DNA of 64,000 nucleotides from a virus. Its lineage: Duplodnaviria > Caudoviricetes. How positions within the stretch are numbered: position 1 is the first letter of the stretch; every line of letters begins with the position of its first letter. Where the stretch lies: positions 13,567 to 77,566 of the IMG/VR virus record IMGVR_UViG_2974703250_000001. One strand, written 5' to 3'. Shown in pieces: positions 39,268 through 48,969 of the stretch. Under the pieces are notes generated by a model. The model saw only the letters and a list, made by a program, of their open reading frames with translations, ran no database searches and was not told the DNA's origin. A program made the translations under genes and the position numbers.

Positions 39268-39654
39268 GTGCAGCACGTTCTAACCGTGCCTATGCCACGA
39301 CCGCCAATGAGCGCTAATGATCAGCGGAGAATGCACTGGGCGGCGCAGGCTAAGGCAAAGAAGCAAGTCGGAGAAGCAGCAAGAAAGCTGGCACAGCAGG
39401 CGGGTCTACAAGACCTAGGCCCGTCTGTTGTGTCGGTTACCTGGTACGCGCCAGATAAACGGCGGCGCGATACCGACTCACTAGGGCCGTTTCTTAAAGC
39501 AGCGCTGGACGGATTAGTTCAGGCTGGCGTGTGGCCCGACGACCATTCCGATTACGTCGTAGAGACACGCATGGCGATTAACAAATCGCAGGTACGAAAC
39601 CCGCGAATCGAGATAAAGGTTATAGAGGCGAATGCAGGATCAGGCTTGGCGTGA
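39268..39654 (+). CDS. rusA: RusA-like Holliday junction resolvase
   Basis: RRRDTDSL...KAALDGL...VWPDDH motif. Confidence 0.85.
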   Translation: MQHVLTVPMPRPPMSANDQRRMHWAAQAKAKKQVGEAARKLAQQAGLQDLGPSVVSVTWYAPDKRRRDTDSLGPFLKAALDGLVQAGVWPDDHSDYVVETRMAINKSQVRNPRIEIKVIEANAGSGLA

Positions 39655-39922
39655 GCTGGCGGTGTGCCAGTTCATTGACCCGGAAATGTTCTTCCCGCTT
39701 AAGGGCGGTGCAACAGAGGCACCTAAGCGTGTTTGCAACACGATGTGCTCGGTGCGTGAGGACTGCTTAGAGGCCGCGATGCAAGAGGAATACGGCTTAA
39801 GCAAAGGCATGCGCTTCGGAATCCGGGGCGGGTTAGTGCCGGATAGCCGTCATCGGCTAGCCCGTGAACGCGGCGAACGCGTCATTTGGGACGACGAACT
39901 AGACCTAGGAGAGGTTGCGTGA
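39632..39922 (+). CDS. whiB: WhiB-family transcription factor
   Basis: C...DPEMFFP...K.VC..C.VREDC...FGIRGG. Confidence 0.9.
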   Translation: MQDQAWRELAVCQFIDPEMFFPLKGGATEAPKRVCNTMCSVREDCLEAAMQEEYGLSKGMRFGIRGGLVPDSRHRLARERGERVIWDDELDLGEVA

Positions 39923-40305
39923 GGGCACGAAGCAGCGGAGCAAGCCGGGGGCCGGGGTCGTATGGATCGCGCACCCGGACGCCGCAAATCGCCGGGGTCA
40001 ACGTCGGCGGGGTGCGTCACCGCGAGATTCCCGAACTCGCCATTCCAGACCTGCCAGGGGCTCTCTGCAAGGGCATTGATGACCCGGAGATGTTCTTTCC
40101 CTCGCAACGCAAGGGAGGCCGTAAGGCTGCCGCTGAGGCCCGCAAGATGTGCCAGCGCTGCCCGATCCAAAAGCGCTGCTTGGAATGGGCGCTCGACTGG
40201 GACCGCGAGCACCCCGACTTCTACGACCGGTTGGAAGGCATCTGGGGCGGGACTAACGAAGCTGAGCGCCGGGAAATCCTTAAGGAGGAAAGCAATGCGG
40301 CTTAA
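39919..40305 (+). CDS. whiB: WhiB-family transcription factor
   Basis: LC...DPEMFFP...ARKMCQRCPIQKRC...GIWGG..E.ERR. Confidence 0.9.
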   Translation: MRARSSGASRGPGSYGSRTRTPQIAGVNVGGVRHREIPELAIPDLPGALCKGIDDPEMFFPSQRKGGRKAAAEARKMCQRCPIQKRCLEWALDWDREHPDFYDRLEGIWGGTNEAERREILKEESNAA

Positions 40306-40606
40306 GGCCAGTATCAAGCTCAAGTGCGGCGTGTTGGACTACGCGTTCACCTTCGCTAATGGCAGCGAGTACCACTCGGTAAGGATCGCTCAGGGCTGTT
40401 CAAACTCGGTCCGGCATTCGGTGCATGGGACGCCGGGCGAAGCAATTAACGAGCTGGTTCCTTACCGGGACGATAACCCGGAGGTCGCAGACCTGATCCG
40501 GTGGTTGTCCCGCTTTCCGCACGATGCGTAGGCGGCGTAAGCGCCGGAACTGGCGGCGCTTTCTAAGCGACATGTTCGACGCGCTGCTAGAAGGGTTAAT
40601 CGACGC

Positions 40607-41173
40607 ATGGGACTAGAGCCACGCTGCCGGTCGGGGAAGAAGTGCGTTTCCCGTACACCTGACGGTCCGGCGATAGTAGCGCTACGCCCGCTCTGCGACG
40701 GCTGCGTTAAGGACATTCAAAAGTGCCTTGACGACCTGCCGACATACGCGGCCCTGCTTGAGCAGTACAAGGGCTACGTGCCCGGCTCGGTGGGGCAGTC
40801 AAAGGTCAGCTCATCGGCTGAACCTAAGTCACCGCTAAACCTGACGGTCATTGACCTTATCGGCCAGATCGGCGCGGTAATCCATCGCACGCAGGGCTAC
40901 CAGGTACGTGACCTGATCACGCTAAGCGGCGGCTTGGAAGTAGCGCTAGATATCCGGTCGGTCTATTCAAAGTCAGACGGGATTATCGGCCTGCAAAGGG
41001 TGTGGGAGCGGCGGCGCGTCCCATGCCCGGAATGCAACTTGCCCACTCTCGGGGGATGGGTAGGCGAAGGCACCATTTACTGCACTAACAGTGAGTGCCG
41101 GAATGCGCTTAGCAAGGCGCAGTACGAAGAATATTGCGAAATGAAATCAAGGGAGAAGGTTAAGCGTGCCTAA
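40607..41173 (+). CDS. Cys-rich (zinc-binding) hypothetical protein
   Basis: CRSGKKC, CDGC, CPEC and C...C motifs. Confidence 0.65.
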   Translation: MGLEPRCRSGKKCVSRTPDGPAIVALRPLCDGCVKDIQKCLDDLPTYAALLEQYKGYVPGSVGQSKVSSSAEPKSPLNLTVIDLIGQIGAVIHRTQGYQVRDLITLSGGLEVALDIRSVYSKSDGIIGLQRVWERRRVPCPECNLPTLGGWVGEGTIYCTNSECRNALSKAQYEEYCEMKSREKVKRA

Positions 41174-41573
41174 CGCTGAAATTCAGATTCAGGGCAACCT
41201 CACTGCTGATCCGGAGCTGCGGTTCCTTGACTCGGGCGTGGCTACAGCTCAGTTCTCCGTGGCGTCGACTCCCCGTATCAAGCGGGGCGACGAGTGGGTA
41301 GACGGCGAGACAGTGTTTCTCCGTACCACGGTATGGCGCGAGCTGGCCGAGGGCGCGGCTGATGCGCTTAAGAAGGGCGATTCGGTCGTGGTGATTGGGA
41401 AGCTCAAGCAGCGGAGCTTTGAGGATAAGAAGACCGGCGAGAAGCGGACGGTCTTTGAGATTGACGGCGAGTTCGTCGGTAAGAGCGTTCGTAAGCGTCG
41501 TGAGCGCAACGGCGGCGGCTATTCGGGCGGTGGCAATTCCAACAACTGGGTCGGGGATGAACCTCCGTTCTAA
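41166..41573 (+). CDS. ssb: Single-stranded DNA-binding protein
   Basis: IQGNLTADPELRF...VW..LAE...KGDSVVV.G.L..R; acidic DEPPF tail. Confidence 0.95.
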   Translation: MPNAEIQIQGNLTADPELRFLDSGVATAQFSVASTPRIKRGDEWVDGETVFLRTTVWRELAEGAADALKKGDSVVVIGKLKQRSFEDKKTGEKRTVFEIDGEFVGKSVRKRRERNGGGYSGGGNSNNWVGDEPPF

Positions 41574-41601
41574 GGCTTACTAACCGCTACGAAAGGTTCG
41601 C

Positions 41602-41823
41602 ATGTCTCACGAAAAAACTTCCGTGGTGCTGCGGAAGATTGATAAAGCGGCTCGGGTCCGGGGGATGACTTTTGTCCTCCGGCGTCCGGGCGGCAATCAC
41701 AGCATTTACGACCTCGACGGCCACATGGTGACGATTCCTAACGGGTCCAAGGTGACGCGGGTTGAGGCGACTTATCGGCAGTTGCAGGACAAGCTTGGGA
41801 GAGGTTGGTGGCGTGACGTTTGA
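41602..41823 (+). CDS. HicA-like dsRBD-fold RNase, no adjacent HicB
   Basis: LRRPGGNHSIY...VTIP motif with the catalytic His position. Confidence 0.65.
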   Translation: MSHEKTSVVLRKIDKAARVRGMTFVLRRPGGNHSIYDLDGHMVTIPNGSKVTRVEATYRQLQDKLGRGWWRDV

Positions 41824-42236
41824 CGCGTCGAATCTTAGTTACCGGTTCCCGCGATTGGGCTGACCGGAATCATGTTTTCTTAACGCTGTCTATCCATATG
41901 GTCGGGGTGGATTCGGCAGTGATCGTTCACGGGGATTGCCCTACGGGTGCTGATCTGTTCGCGGACGACTTTGGTACGCGCCACCCGCGTTGCACGGTGG
42001 AACCGTACCCGGCTGATTGGTTCAAGGCTTGCACTGACAAGTGCTATCACAAGCCGCGCCTTAAGGATGGAAAGCCGTATTGCCCGGTTCAGGGCTTTAT
42101 CCGTAATCAGAAGATGGTTGACCTGGGCGCGGACGTTTGTCTGGCATTCCCGCTTGGTAAGTCGCCGGGCACTCGTGACTGTATGCGCCGCGCTAAGAAG
42201 GCGGGCATTCACGTAATCAACTGTGGAGACGAATAG
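41820..42236 (+). CDS. SLOG-family protein (YspA/DUF2493-like)
   Basis: RILVTGSRDW, IVHGDCPTGAD, RNQKMVD.GAD.CLAF..G.SPGT.DC..RA.KAGI. Confidence 0.85.
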   Translation: MTRRILVTGSRDWADRNHVFLTLSIHMVGVDSAVIVHGDCPTGADLFADDFGTRHPRCTVEPYPADWFKACTDKCYHKPRLKDGKPYCPVQGFIRNQKMVDLGADVCLAFPLGKSPGTRDCMRRAKKAGIHVINCGDE

Positions 42237-42325
42237 ATGAAGAAGTTTCTTAAGAGCATTGACCGCCGGAAAGTGCTCAAGGTCATTGACCGGATTCTGT
42301 GGGGTGTGGAAGGGCGGTGGGTTAA

Positions 42326-43603
42326 GTGAGCTTTGATACGCCGGAGAACGTTAACTACGCGGCGACAATCGTCAAGCTGCCGCAGGGCCTTCTCCTAGAA
42401 GGTCTCGACAACCTGGTGGGCGTGCCCATGTTCGGCTACCAGGCGCTCACCCAAAAAGAAGGCTACGAGCTGGGCGCTCTGCGGGTGCTGTTCATGGCCG
42501 AAACGCAGCTCGACGCGGACTACGCGCGGGAGAACAACCTGTTCCGCGAGGCCACGTTGAACCGGGACGCCAGCGAGACCGGCTACCTAGAGCCGAACGC
42601 CCGTGTGAAGGCGATCCGGCTGCGCAAGCACCAGTCAGACGCACTGCTGATGCCGTTGTCGTCGCTGGCCTACACCGGCTACGACGTGTCCACGCTCAAG
42701 CCGGGCGACACGTTCGACAAGCTGAACGGCCACACGATCTGCCGCAAGTACATCCCGAAGGGTAAGAAGCAGGCCACGCAGGGCCAGCCCAAGGTGCGTA
42801 AGCAGGTCGACGAGCGTCTGTTCCCGAAGCATCTGGACACGGAGCACTTCTTCCGGAACCTGCACTACTTCCGTACGGAGCGGCGCGTTGTGGTGACGCA
42901 GAAGCTCCACGGCACGAGCTGGCGGGGCGGCAATATCCCAGTTAACCGGACTAAGGGCTGGTTTGAGCGGTTCATTAACTGGCTGGGCTGGTTCACCCAT
43001 GACACCGAGTACAAGCACGTCTACGGCTCTCGGAACGTCGTTAAGGGCCGCTCGGAGAATAACCACTACTACGCGTCTGATCTGTGGGCCGAGTACGGAA
43101 AGAAGCTTGAGGGGAAGATTCCCGAGAACTTCATCATTTACGGCGAGCTGATCGGATGGGTTGATAACGACACCCCGATTCAGAAGGGCTACACGTACAA
43201 CCTGCCTCCGGGCCAGTGTGAGCTTTACGTGTACCGGGTGGCGACGGTTAACAACCAGGGTGTGATTGCGGACCTGTCGTGGGAGGGCGTTAAGGACTTC
43301 TGCGCGAGCTTGGACCTTAAGACGGTGCCGGAGTTTTACCTGGGCGTCGATCATTACCCGTTCGCGGACAATGACGATGCCGTTGTCAAGATTGCCTCTG
43401 AGGCGTACCTGGACAAGCGGTATGCCGACGAGGGGTTCCCGAACGCGGTTCCGCTGAGTGACCGCAAGACGGTTGACGAGGGTGTCTGCGTCCGTGTTGA
43501 GGGCCAGATTCCGCACGTCTTTAAGGCGAAGTCTCCGAAGTTCCTTGAGCACGAGACTAAGCAGTTTGATAAGGGAGAGGTTGACCTTGAAGCGGTGGCA
43601 TAA
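42326..43603 (+). CDS. ATP-dependent RNA ligase (Rnl2/DRB0094-like with N-terminal extension)
   Basis: Motif I TQKLHGT, motif III IYGELIG, motif IV EGVCVR, motif V FKAKS. Confidence 0.88.
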   Translation: MSFDTPENVNYAATIVKLPQGLLLEGLDNLVGVPMFGYQALTQKEGYELGALRVLFMAETQLDADYARENNLFREATLNRDASETGYLEPNARVKAIRLRKHQSDALLMPLSSLAYTGYDVSTLKPGDTFDKLNGHTICRKYIPKGKKQATQGQPKVRKQVDERLFPKHLDTEHFFRNLHYFRTERRVVVTQKLHGTSWRGGNIPVNRTKGWFERFINWLGWFTHDTEYKHVYGSRNVVKGRSENNHYYASDLWAEYGKKLEGKIPENFIIYGELIGWVDNDTPIQKGYTYNLPPGQCELYVYRVATVNNQGVIADLSWEGVKDFCASLDLKTVPEFYLGVDHYPFADNDDAVVKIASEAYLDKRYADEGFPNAVPLSDRKTVDEGVCVRVEGQIPHVFKAKSPKFLEHETKQFDKGEVDLEAVA

Positions 43604-43795
43604 AGCCGCAGCGGTGGTGGCAGCCGGGGCAGTGATCCTGTCCGGCTGCGCCTCCAATATCCAAGATAAGCAGACGTACGGCGGTGACACCGAGTCTGGT
43701 GCCCAGTATTGGGACGGCTACCTAAAGACGCGCAAGGGTGAGGTTTTCTGCGTGTTCTATGACCGTGGCCTGAGTTGCGATTGGAGCAGCACTAA

Positions 43796-44485
43796 GTGAG
43801 CGTTAGCACAGACGAGAATCTGTCGGTCAGCAAGATTGACCCGTGGAAAGCTCAGTTCAAGGCAGAGAAGCTGCGTCAGGTTAAGGCTGAGCGCGAGCTT
43901 GCAGAGCTGCGTACCGCGCAGGCATTGCGCGAGGAACGTCATTTCAACGCGACCGACGACATGATGCGTCAGCACTATTTCATCGGCGGCGTGGATAGCG
44001 TCAACGTGAACTCTGCTGCGCAGCACTTGGCGTTCTGGCACCGGGTGGACCCGACGTGCGACATGAACATTGAGATTCACTCCGGCGGCGGTTCCGCTCT
44101 GGCGGGAATCAACCTGTTCGACACGCTTACGCGTTACTCGCTGCGTGGCGGCGGGCAGCACAAGCTCACTATCACCGTGCGTGGCTTGGCCGCGTCTATG
44201 GCGACGGTGCTTGTGCAGGCGGCAGACGAGCGGGTTATTGGCCCTGAGTCGTTCTTCATGGTTCACGAATTGTCCGGCCAGACGGCGGGCAAGATCGGCG
44301 AAATGGAAGACACGATGAAGTTCTACGCGAAGCTGAACACTCGCATTGGCGAGATTTACGCGGAGCGGTCGGGCGGTAAGTGCTCCGTTGAGCAGTTTAG
44401 GGCGCTGTGGTCGCGTCAGGACGTTTGGCTGAATGCCCGCGAGGCATTCGAGCTTGGATTTGTGGATCGGATTGAGGGGGACTAA
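43796..44485 (+). CDS. clpP: ClpP-like serine protease
   Basis: IHSGGGS, GLAASM (Ser), FMVHE (His), DVWLNAREA..LGFVD (Asp). Confidence 0.9.
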   Translation: MSVSTDENLSVSKIDPWKAQFKAEKLRQVKAERELAELRTAQALREERHFNATDDMMRQHYFIGGVDSVNVNSAAQHLAFWHRVDPTCDMNIEIHSGGGSALAGINLFDTLTRYSLRGGGQHKLTITVRGLAASMATVLVQAADERVIGPESFFMVHELSGQTAGKIGEMEDTMKFYAKLNTRIGEIYAERSGGKCSVEQFRALWSRQDVWLNAREAFELGFVDRIEGD

Positions 44486-45009
44486 TGACTGTTAACAACT
44501 TTTTCGTGGATACCGCTAAGGCTCCCACCTTGAGCGAGCCACGCGCCTATACGCGGCCCGTCAACCTCGACTCAGACCGGGTTATCCCGGCTGAGCCGGC
44601 TGGGGTCAATCGGGTTAAGGCGGTTAAGGCGCTGCGGGAGGAATTTCCCGGCATGGGCCTGAAAGAGGCTGTGGACATCGTTGATGGCAAGGCAGCGCGT
44701 CCGGCGAAGCCGGAGAACCTGGTCGAGCTGACCGACGAAGAGGCCGAGGCGGCGGCTCGGGCGATCCGTGAGAACACGGGCCGGGTGTTCGGCTTGCAGG
44801 TCAATGCTGTCGTCGCGGCGATCAACAAGGTTCGTGCGAGCGATCCGGTCGGGACGTTGCGTAAGTCGGTGGCCGGGCAGTACGCGTTCGCGGTGGCGGC
44901 GGGTCAGTACCTCGTGATCGAGACGGGTGACCGTCCCCGGTTCCGGGCTGCGACCGAGCAGGAGGCCCGCGACATTAAGCGCGCGTGGTCGCTGGTCACT
45001 AACGCCTAG
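44485..45009 (+). CDS. Protein with ribosomal bL12 CTD-like motif
   Basis: NRVKAVKALREEFPGMGLKEAVDIVD resembles the L7/L12 K..VIK.VR..TGLGLKEAK.LVE motif. Confidence 0.55.
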   Translation: MTVNNFFVDTAKAPTLSEPRAYTRPVNLDSDRVIPAEPAGVNRVKAVKALREEFPGMGLKEAVDIVDGKAARPAKPENLVELTDEEAEAAARAIRENTGRVFGLQVNAVVAAINKVRASDPVGTLRKSVAGQYAFAVAAGQYLVIETGDRPRFRAATEQEARDIKRAWSLVTNA

Positions 45010-45407
45010 TGGCTGATCGTTTTGCGTGGTGGTTCGTGGGCGCGGTCAGTGGGGCCGCGCTCACGTTCTACCTGTTTGGACGCGGATGGATTGCTGTAGC
45101 TGAGGGGGATGAGTGACGTACACGCTTCTAGCTGGGGCTAAGGACTTGGCCCTGATCATGCACGACAACGGCTCAGTGTTCCGTTACAACCTTGGTCGGC
45201 GGGACGGGATTGTCTTCTACCAGGACGCGGACCATGCGGCGGCGCTGAATCCGGGCGAGAACCTGTCATGGACGTACTACGGCAAGACGTTCGAGGGTAT
45301 GCCCGCGCTGCGGGCCTGGTGGGACTATGTTCGCCTGCCGGGCGATCTTGGCGAGACTGACTTCGCTAAGCGTCGGGTGGACAAGGCCCTGGCCGACCTG
45401 CTGACTA

Positions 45408-45761
45408 ATGCCGCCTAAGTGGCCCTGGCCTGGCGACACTAAGGACGACCGATACCGCCGGATTATTGACCATTACCGGACAGCGCTGGCGGATATCGAC
45501 CTTGAGGCGTGCTTAGTGGTCGATAAGAAGATGGCCGAGTATGGGCAGCCGTGGGTGTCGGATAACTCGATTATCGACGTAAACGAAATGCTGAGCGCTA
45601 AGCAATTGGCTGAGAGGTTCGGCCTTTCGGAGTGGAATGTGCGCGATTGGGCGCGGCGTCACCCGGAGCGGATTCGCAAGCATAAGGCTGCTAACGGTCG
45701 GACACTATTCCGCGTTGGGGACGTGCTCACGTACCACGCGACTAAGGGGAGTAATGGCTAA
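45408..45761 (+). CDS. HTH DNA-binding protein
   Basis: LSAKQLAERFGLSEWNVRDWARR HTH. Confidence 0.75.
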   Translation: MPPKWPWPGDTKDDRYRRIIDHYRTALADIDLEACLVVDKKMAEYGQPWVSDNSIIDVNEMLSAKQLAERFGLSEWNVRDWARRHPERIRKHKAANGRTLFRVGDVLTYHATKGSNG

Positions 45762-45964
45762 CCTAGAGCTTAAGGGGCAGAGCAAAGAGTTCCTGGCGAA
45801 CACGAAGGCGATCAGTGGGCTCCGGGATGATGTAGAGAGCCAGAAGGTTTTTGCGCTGATCGAAATTAGCCGGTCGTTGGATCGCATCGCCACCTTTCTA
45901 GAGAAGCCGCTCTAAAGGGAACTCGTGAGCGTGCTTTAATAAATGAGGGGAGAATTTTACCCAA

Positions 45965-46372
45965 ATGTGGATTGATAGCCCGATTGTGCCTGGTATTCAG
46001 GTGTCCGATCAGGGCAAAGTTAGGGGTCCACGAAAGGAACTCTCCCAGTGGACTGACGACCGGGGCTGTAGGCGCGTCAAAGCGAACGGGAGGCCCTGGG
46101 CGGTACATATCCTCGTCTTGACTGCGTTCGTCGGCCCTAGGCCCGATGGGGCGGTGCCAAAGTGGCTTAATGGCGATCCAACGGATAACCGGCTGGTCAA
46201 TCTCAAGTGGCAGTTGCCGGATGACCCTGAGGTTCAGACTCGGGTCAATCGTTGCCGTAACGGTCACGTGTATTCACGAGAGAACACAAAGGTATGGGGG
46301 TCGGGTCACCGGATTTGTTTGGACTGCGAGAAAGGTAGTCCTCCGGTGTATCGGCTGCCAGAAGTGATTTAG
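45965..46372 (+). CDS. NUMOD4/HNH homing-type endonuclease
   Basis: QVSDQGKVRG...VHILVLTAFVGPRP...NGDPTDNRLVNL; C-terminal CRNGH...CLDC. Confidence 0.8.
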   Translation: MWIDSPIVPGIQVSDQGKVRGPRKELSQWTDDRGCRRVKANGRPWAVHILVLTAFVGPRPDGAVPKWLNGDPTDNRLVNLKWQLPDDPEVQTRVNRCRNGHVYSRENTKVWGSGHRICLDCEKGSPPVYRLPEVI

Positions 46373-46472
46373 CGCGCCCGCTTGTAAGCGGTTCTGGCTG
46401 CGCTAGGCGGATGCCGCGTAAGTCCCGTGGGGGAAACCTTAGGGGCGGCGGCGTCCGTTTTCTCGTAGGGGG

Positions 46473-46718
46473 GTGACTGTGAAGCCGTCAGACTTTGCAT
46501 GGTTAGCGCTCGCTATCGGCATTATCTCGTATGAGGTTGCGGCTCCACCTGGTGAGCTTATGAGTGAGGGCTGGGACCGCTATTTGCAGAGATTTCCGGT
46601 TACGGCGCGGGTGTTCCCGCTGCTGCTGACTCTGCATGTAATTAACGCGTTGCCTGACCGCTATGACCCGGTTCATCGCCTGGCTGTGTGGTTGGGAACG
46701 CTTGGGGGAAAGAATTGA
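46473..46718 (+). CDS. Small membrane protein
   Basis: AWLALAIGIISYE...GELMSEG.DRY pattern. Confidence 0.6.
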   Translation: MTVKPSDFAWLALAIGIISYEVAAPPGELMSEGWDRYLQRFPVTARVFPLLLTLHVINALPDRYDPVHRLAVWLGTLGGKN

Positions 46719-47083
46719 CCGATCCAAAGGAAGTGCTTGAGCATCTAGCAGCCGAGAAGGCCGCTAAGGCGGTTAAGCGTGACGCTATCAACCCGCAGCA
46801 TTACAAAGACGGCTGGTCAGACGGCGCAGAGCTGATCAGCATTACAGAGAACTTGACTAGCTCAGGCGGGCAGGCTGTGCAGTACATTGCACGGTCGACG
46901 CGGCTGGATTCCAGTAAGAACAAGGGCAAGAACACACTTGAGTGGATTCAAGACCTAGAGAAGGCTAAGTGGTTCCTTGACCGGGAGATTAAGCGTCTCC
47001 GGGGCAAGACCGCGATGCCGGTTAAGCCGTACTTGGTCAATGAGTTCGTGTACCCGATGAACGTTTACGGCGGCTTTCGTTGA
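46715..47083 (+). CDS. DUF3310-like protein
   Basis: DAINPQHYK...GQAVQYI.R...QDLEKAKWFLDREI. Confidence 0.75.
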   Translation: MTDPKEVLEHLAAEKAAKAVKRDAINPQHYKDGWSDGAELISITENLTSSGGQAVQYIARSTRLDSSKNKGKNTLEWIQDLEKAKWFLDREIKRLRGKTAMPVKPYLVNEFVYPMNVYGGFR

Positions 47084-47862
47084 GCGCCCGCGTCCTGATC
47101 CTCGACATTGAGACGCAGCGCGCCATTGTCGAGACATTCGGACTGTTTAAGCAGTTCGTCGGCATTGATCAGGTGCAGGTACCTACACGGGTGCTGTGTT
47201 TCGCGGCCAAGTGGCGCAATGAAGACAAGGTGATCTTCAAAGCTGCCTGGGCCGACAACGACGAGGACGCTTACCTGCGCATGATGCAGGCTGCGTGGGA
47301 GTTGCTTAACGAAGCCGATATCGTGGTCACTTGGAACGGTGACCGCTTCGACCTGCAATGGTTCGAGTCCGAGTTTCTACGCGTGGGCCTGAGTCGCCCC
47401 TTGCCATACAAGTCTGTTGACCTGATTAAGACGGTCCGGCGGTGGTTCAGGGGCGGGCTGATGAGCATGAAGCTCGATTGGTCGTCTCGCATGATCCTTA
47501 AGGACCGCAAGGTTCACCACGGCGGCACTGACCTTTGGTGGGATATCCGGCACGGTACGCGTGCTGAGCAGCGCGCGGCGCAGAAGCTCATGCGTGAGTA
47601 CAACGAGCACGACGTTGTTTTGACGGGTCGGCTATTTGAGAAGCATCTGCCGCATATCAACGTGAACTTGGCTTTGTACGAGGAAACGGTGGATGACGGC
47701 GAAATGCACTGCACTAAGTGCAACTCTACGGAACTTAAGAAAGACGGCGTGAAGGCTTACGTCACTGCTGCGGGTGTCTATCAGATGTACCGCTGCAAGG
47801 ACTGTGGGGCGACTTCGCGCGGTAAGCGTATTAGCGGAACTACTGAATTGAGGCCAGTGTGA
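47080..47862 (+). CDS. DnaQ/RNase H-like 3'-5' exonuclease with C-terminal zinc ribbon
   Basis: LDIET, WNGDRFD, KLD, YNEHDV; CTKC...CKDC. Confidence 0.85.
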   Translation: MSARVLILDIETQRAIVETFGLFKQFVGIDQVQVPTRVLCFAAKWRNEDKVIFKAAWADNDEDAYLRMMQAAWELLNEADIVVTWNGDRFDLQWFESEFLRVGLSRPLPYKSVDLIKTVRRWFRGGLMSMKLDWSSRMILKDRKVHHGGTDLWWDIRHGTRAEQRAAQKLMREYNEHDVVLTGRLFEKHLPHINVNLALYEETVDDGEMHCTKCNSTELKKDGVKAYVTAAGVYQMYRCKDCGATSRGKRISGTTELRPV

Positions 47863-48525
47863 GTTACCTTGCCGGGTTTTTGGCCCTGGGCTTGGTGTTG
47901 TGGTTGTCCTGGTTTGTTGTTGACCTTACCCAGAGGGGGTTGTGGTGAAGCCGGTTGCGCAGCCTAACTTGCTGCATCAGATGATCTTGGGTTCCTTGGT
48001 GGATAACAAGCAGGTGTTTGTTCCTGTCAAGGATGGTCAGGGTTATTGGCGTGGCACGTTGGCTAACAACGTTTCGGCACAGAATGTGGACCTCGCGGCT
48101 CGTCGCTGGATCAAGTGATGTCCGGCCCGAAGTTTGGTGTCCTGGCTGGGACGCGGGAGCGCGCTAAGGCGATCTTCCGTCAGCTCGGCTGGGAGCAAGG
48201 CCACGACCGGACGTTCGCGCTGAGCAAGTGGGGCGAGGACGCGCGTGGCGTCCAGCTCGACGTGCTCCTGGTCGACGAGACGGCGTTGCCGATTGATCGG
48301 ACCACCTGGGAGAGCTACAAGCCATGCCTGGCGACACGTAATGGTGTCGCGTACGCGTTGCAGTCGCTCGGGCCTGAGCACATTAGGCCGTCCTGGTGAG
48401 TAAGAGGGCAGCCACGGCGCGGCAGGAATTGCGCCGGTCGAACGCGGCGGTGCCACATCGCAACCGATACCGAGAGCGTAAGTCCGGTCAGGACGACGTT
48501 CGCATTCACATGATGGCCGGTTGGG

Positions 48526-48969
48526 GTGCTCCAAGGGAAGGGGGTTCTTATCCCTGGGAACCTTCGGAAGAAGGGCGGGACTGGGAAGACTGAGCGGGAC
48601 TACCTAAGGGCACGTAAGCGTGTTCTCAGGCAGTCGCAGATTTGCGCTCACCCGCATTGCCGAAAGGCAATCGACCTGAACCTTAAGCCGATCTGTCAGT
48701 TTGTCGACACGGCGAAGTACACGGTAGAGACGGCGCACCTGATCCCGCTTGTCTGTGGCCCTGACTGCCGCGAGTTGAAACATGCGCGCAAGGCTAACCC
48801 TTGGTCAGCTTCGGCTAACCATAAAATCCCGGTCTCGCAGTTGATGCCGGATTCAAACATGCTCGCCAGCGTTAAAAACTTGGAGCCTATGCACCTTAAG
48901 TGCAACCAGTCTCTTGGGGATGGCGACCTTAAGCCTCGAAATAAGACTTCGAGAGATTGGTTCGCATAG
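48526..48969 (+). CDS. HNH endonuclease
   Basis: Y.RARK.VL...CAHPHC...NHKIPVS...NLEPMHLKCN. Confidence 0.75.
   Translation: MLQGKGVLIPGNLRKKGGTGKTERDYLRARKRVLRQSQICAHPHCRKAIDLNLKPICQFVDTAKYTVETAHLIPLVCGPDCRELKHARKANPWSASANHKIPVSQLMPDSNMLASVKNLEPMHLKCNQSLGDGDLKPRNKTSRDWFA

Noticed and set aside
42635-43690. 351-aa minus-strand ORF
   Set aside because: Antisense shadow of the RNA ligase.
45965-46372. HNH gene as part of a self-splicing intron
   Set aside because: Free-standing between intact genes; no split host gene or group I core recognised.
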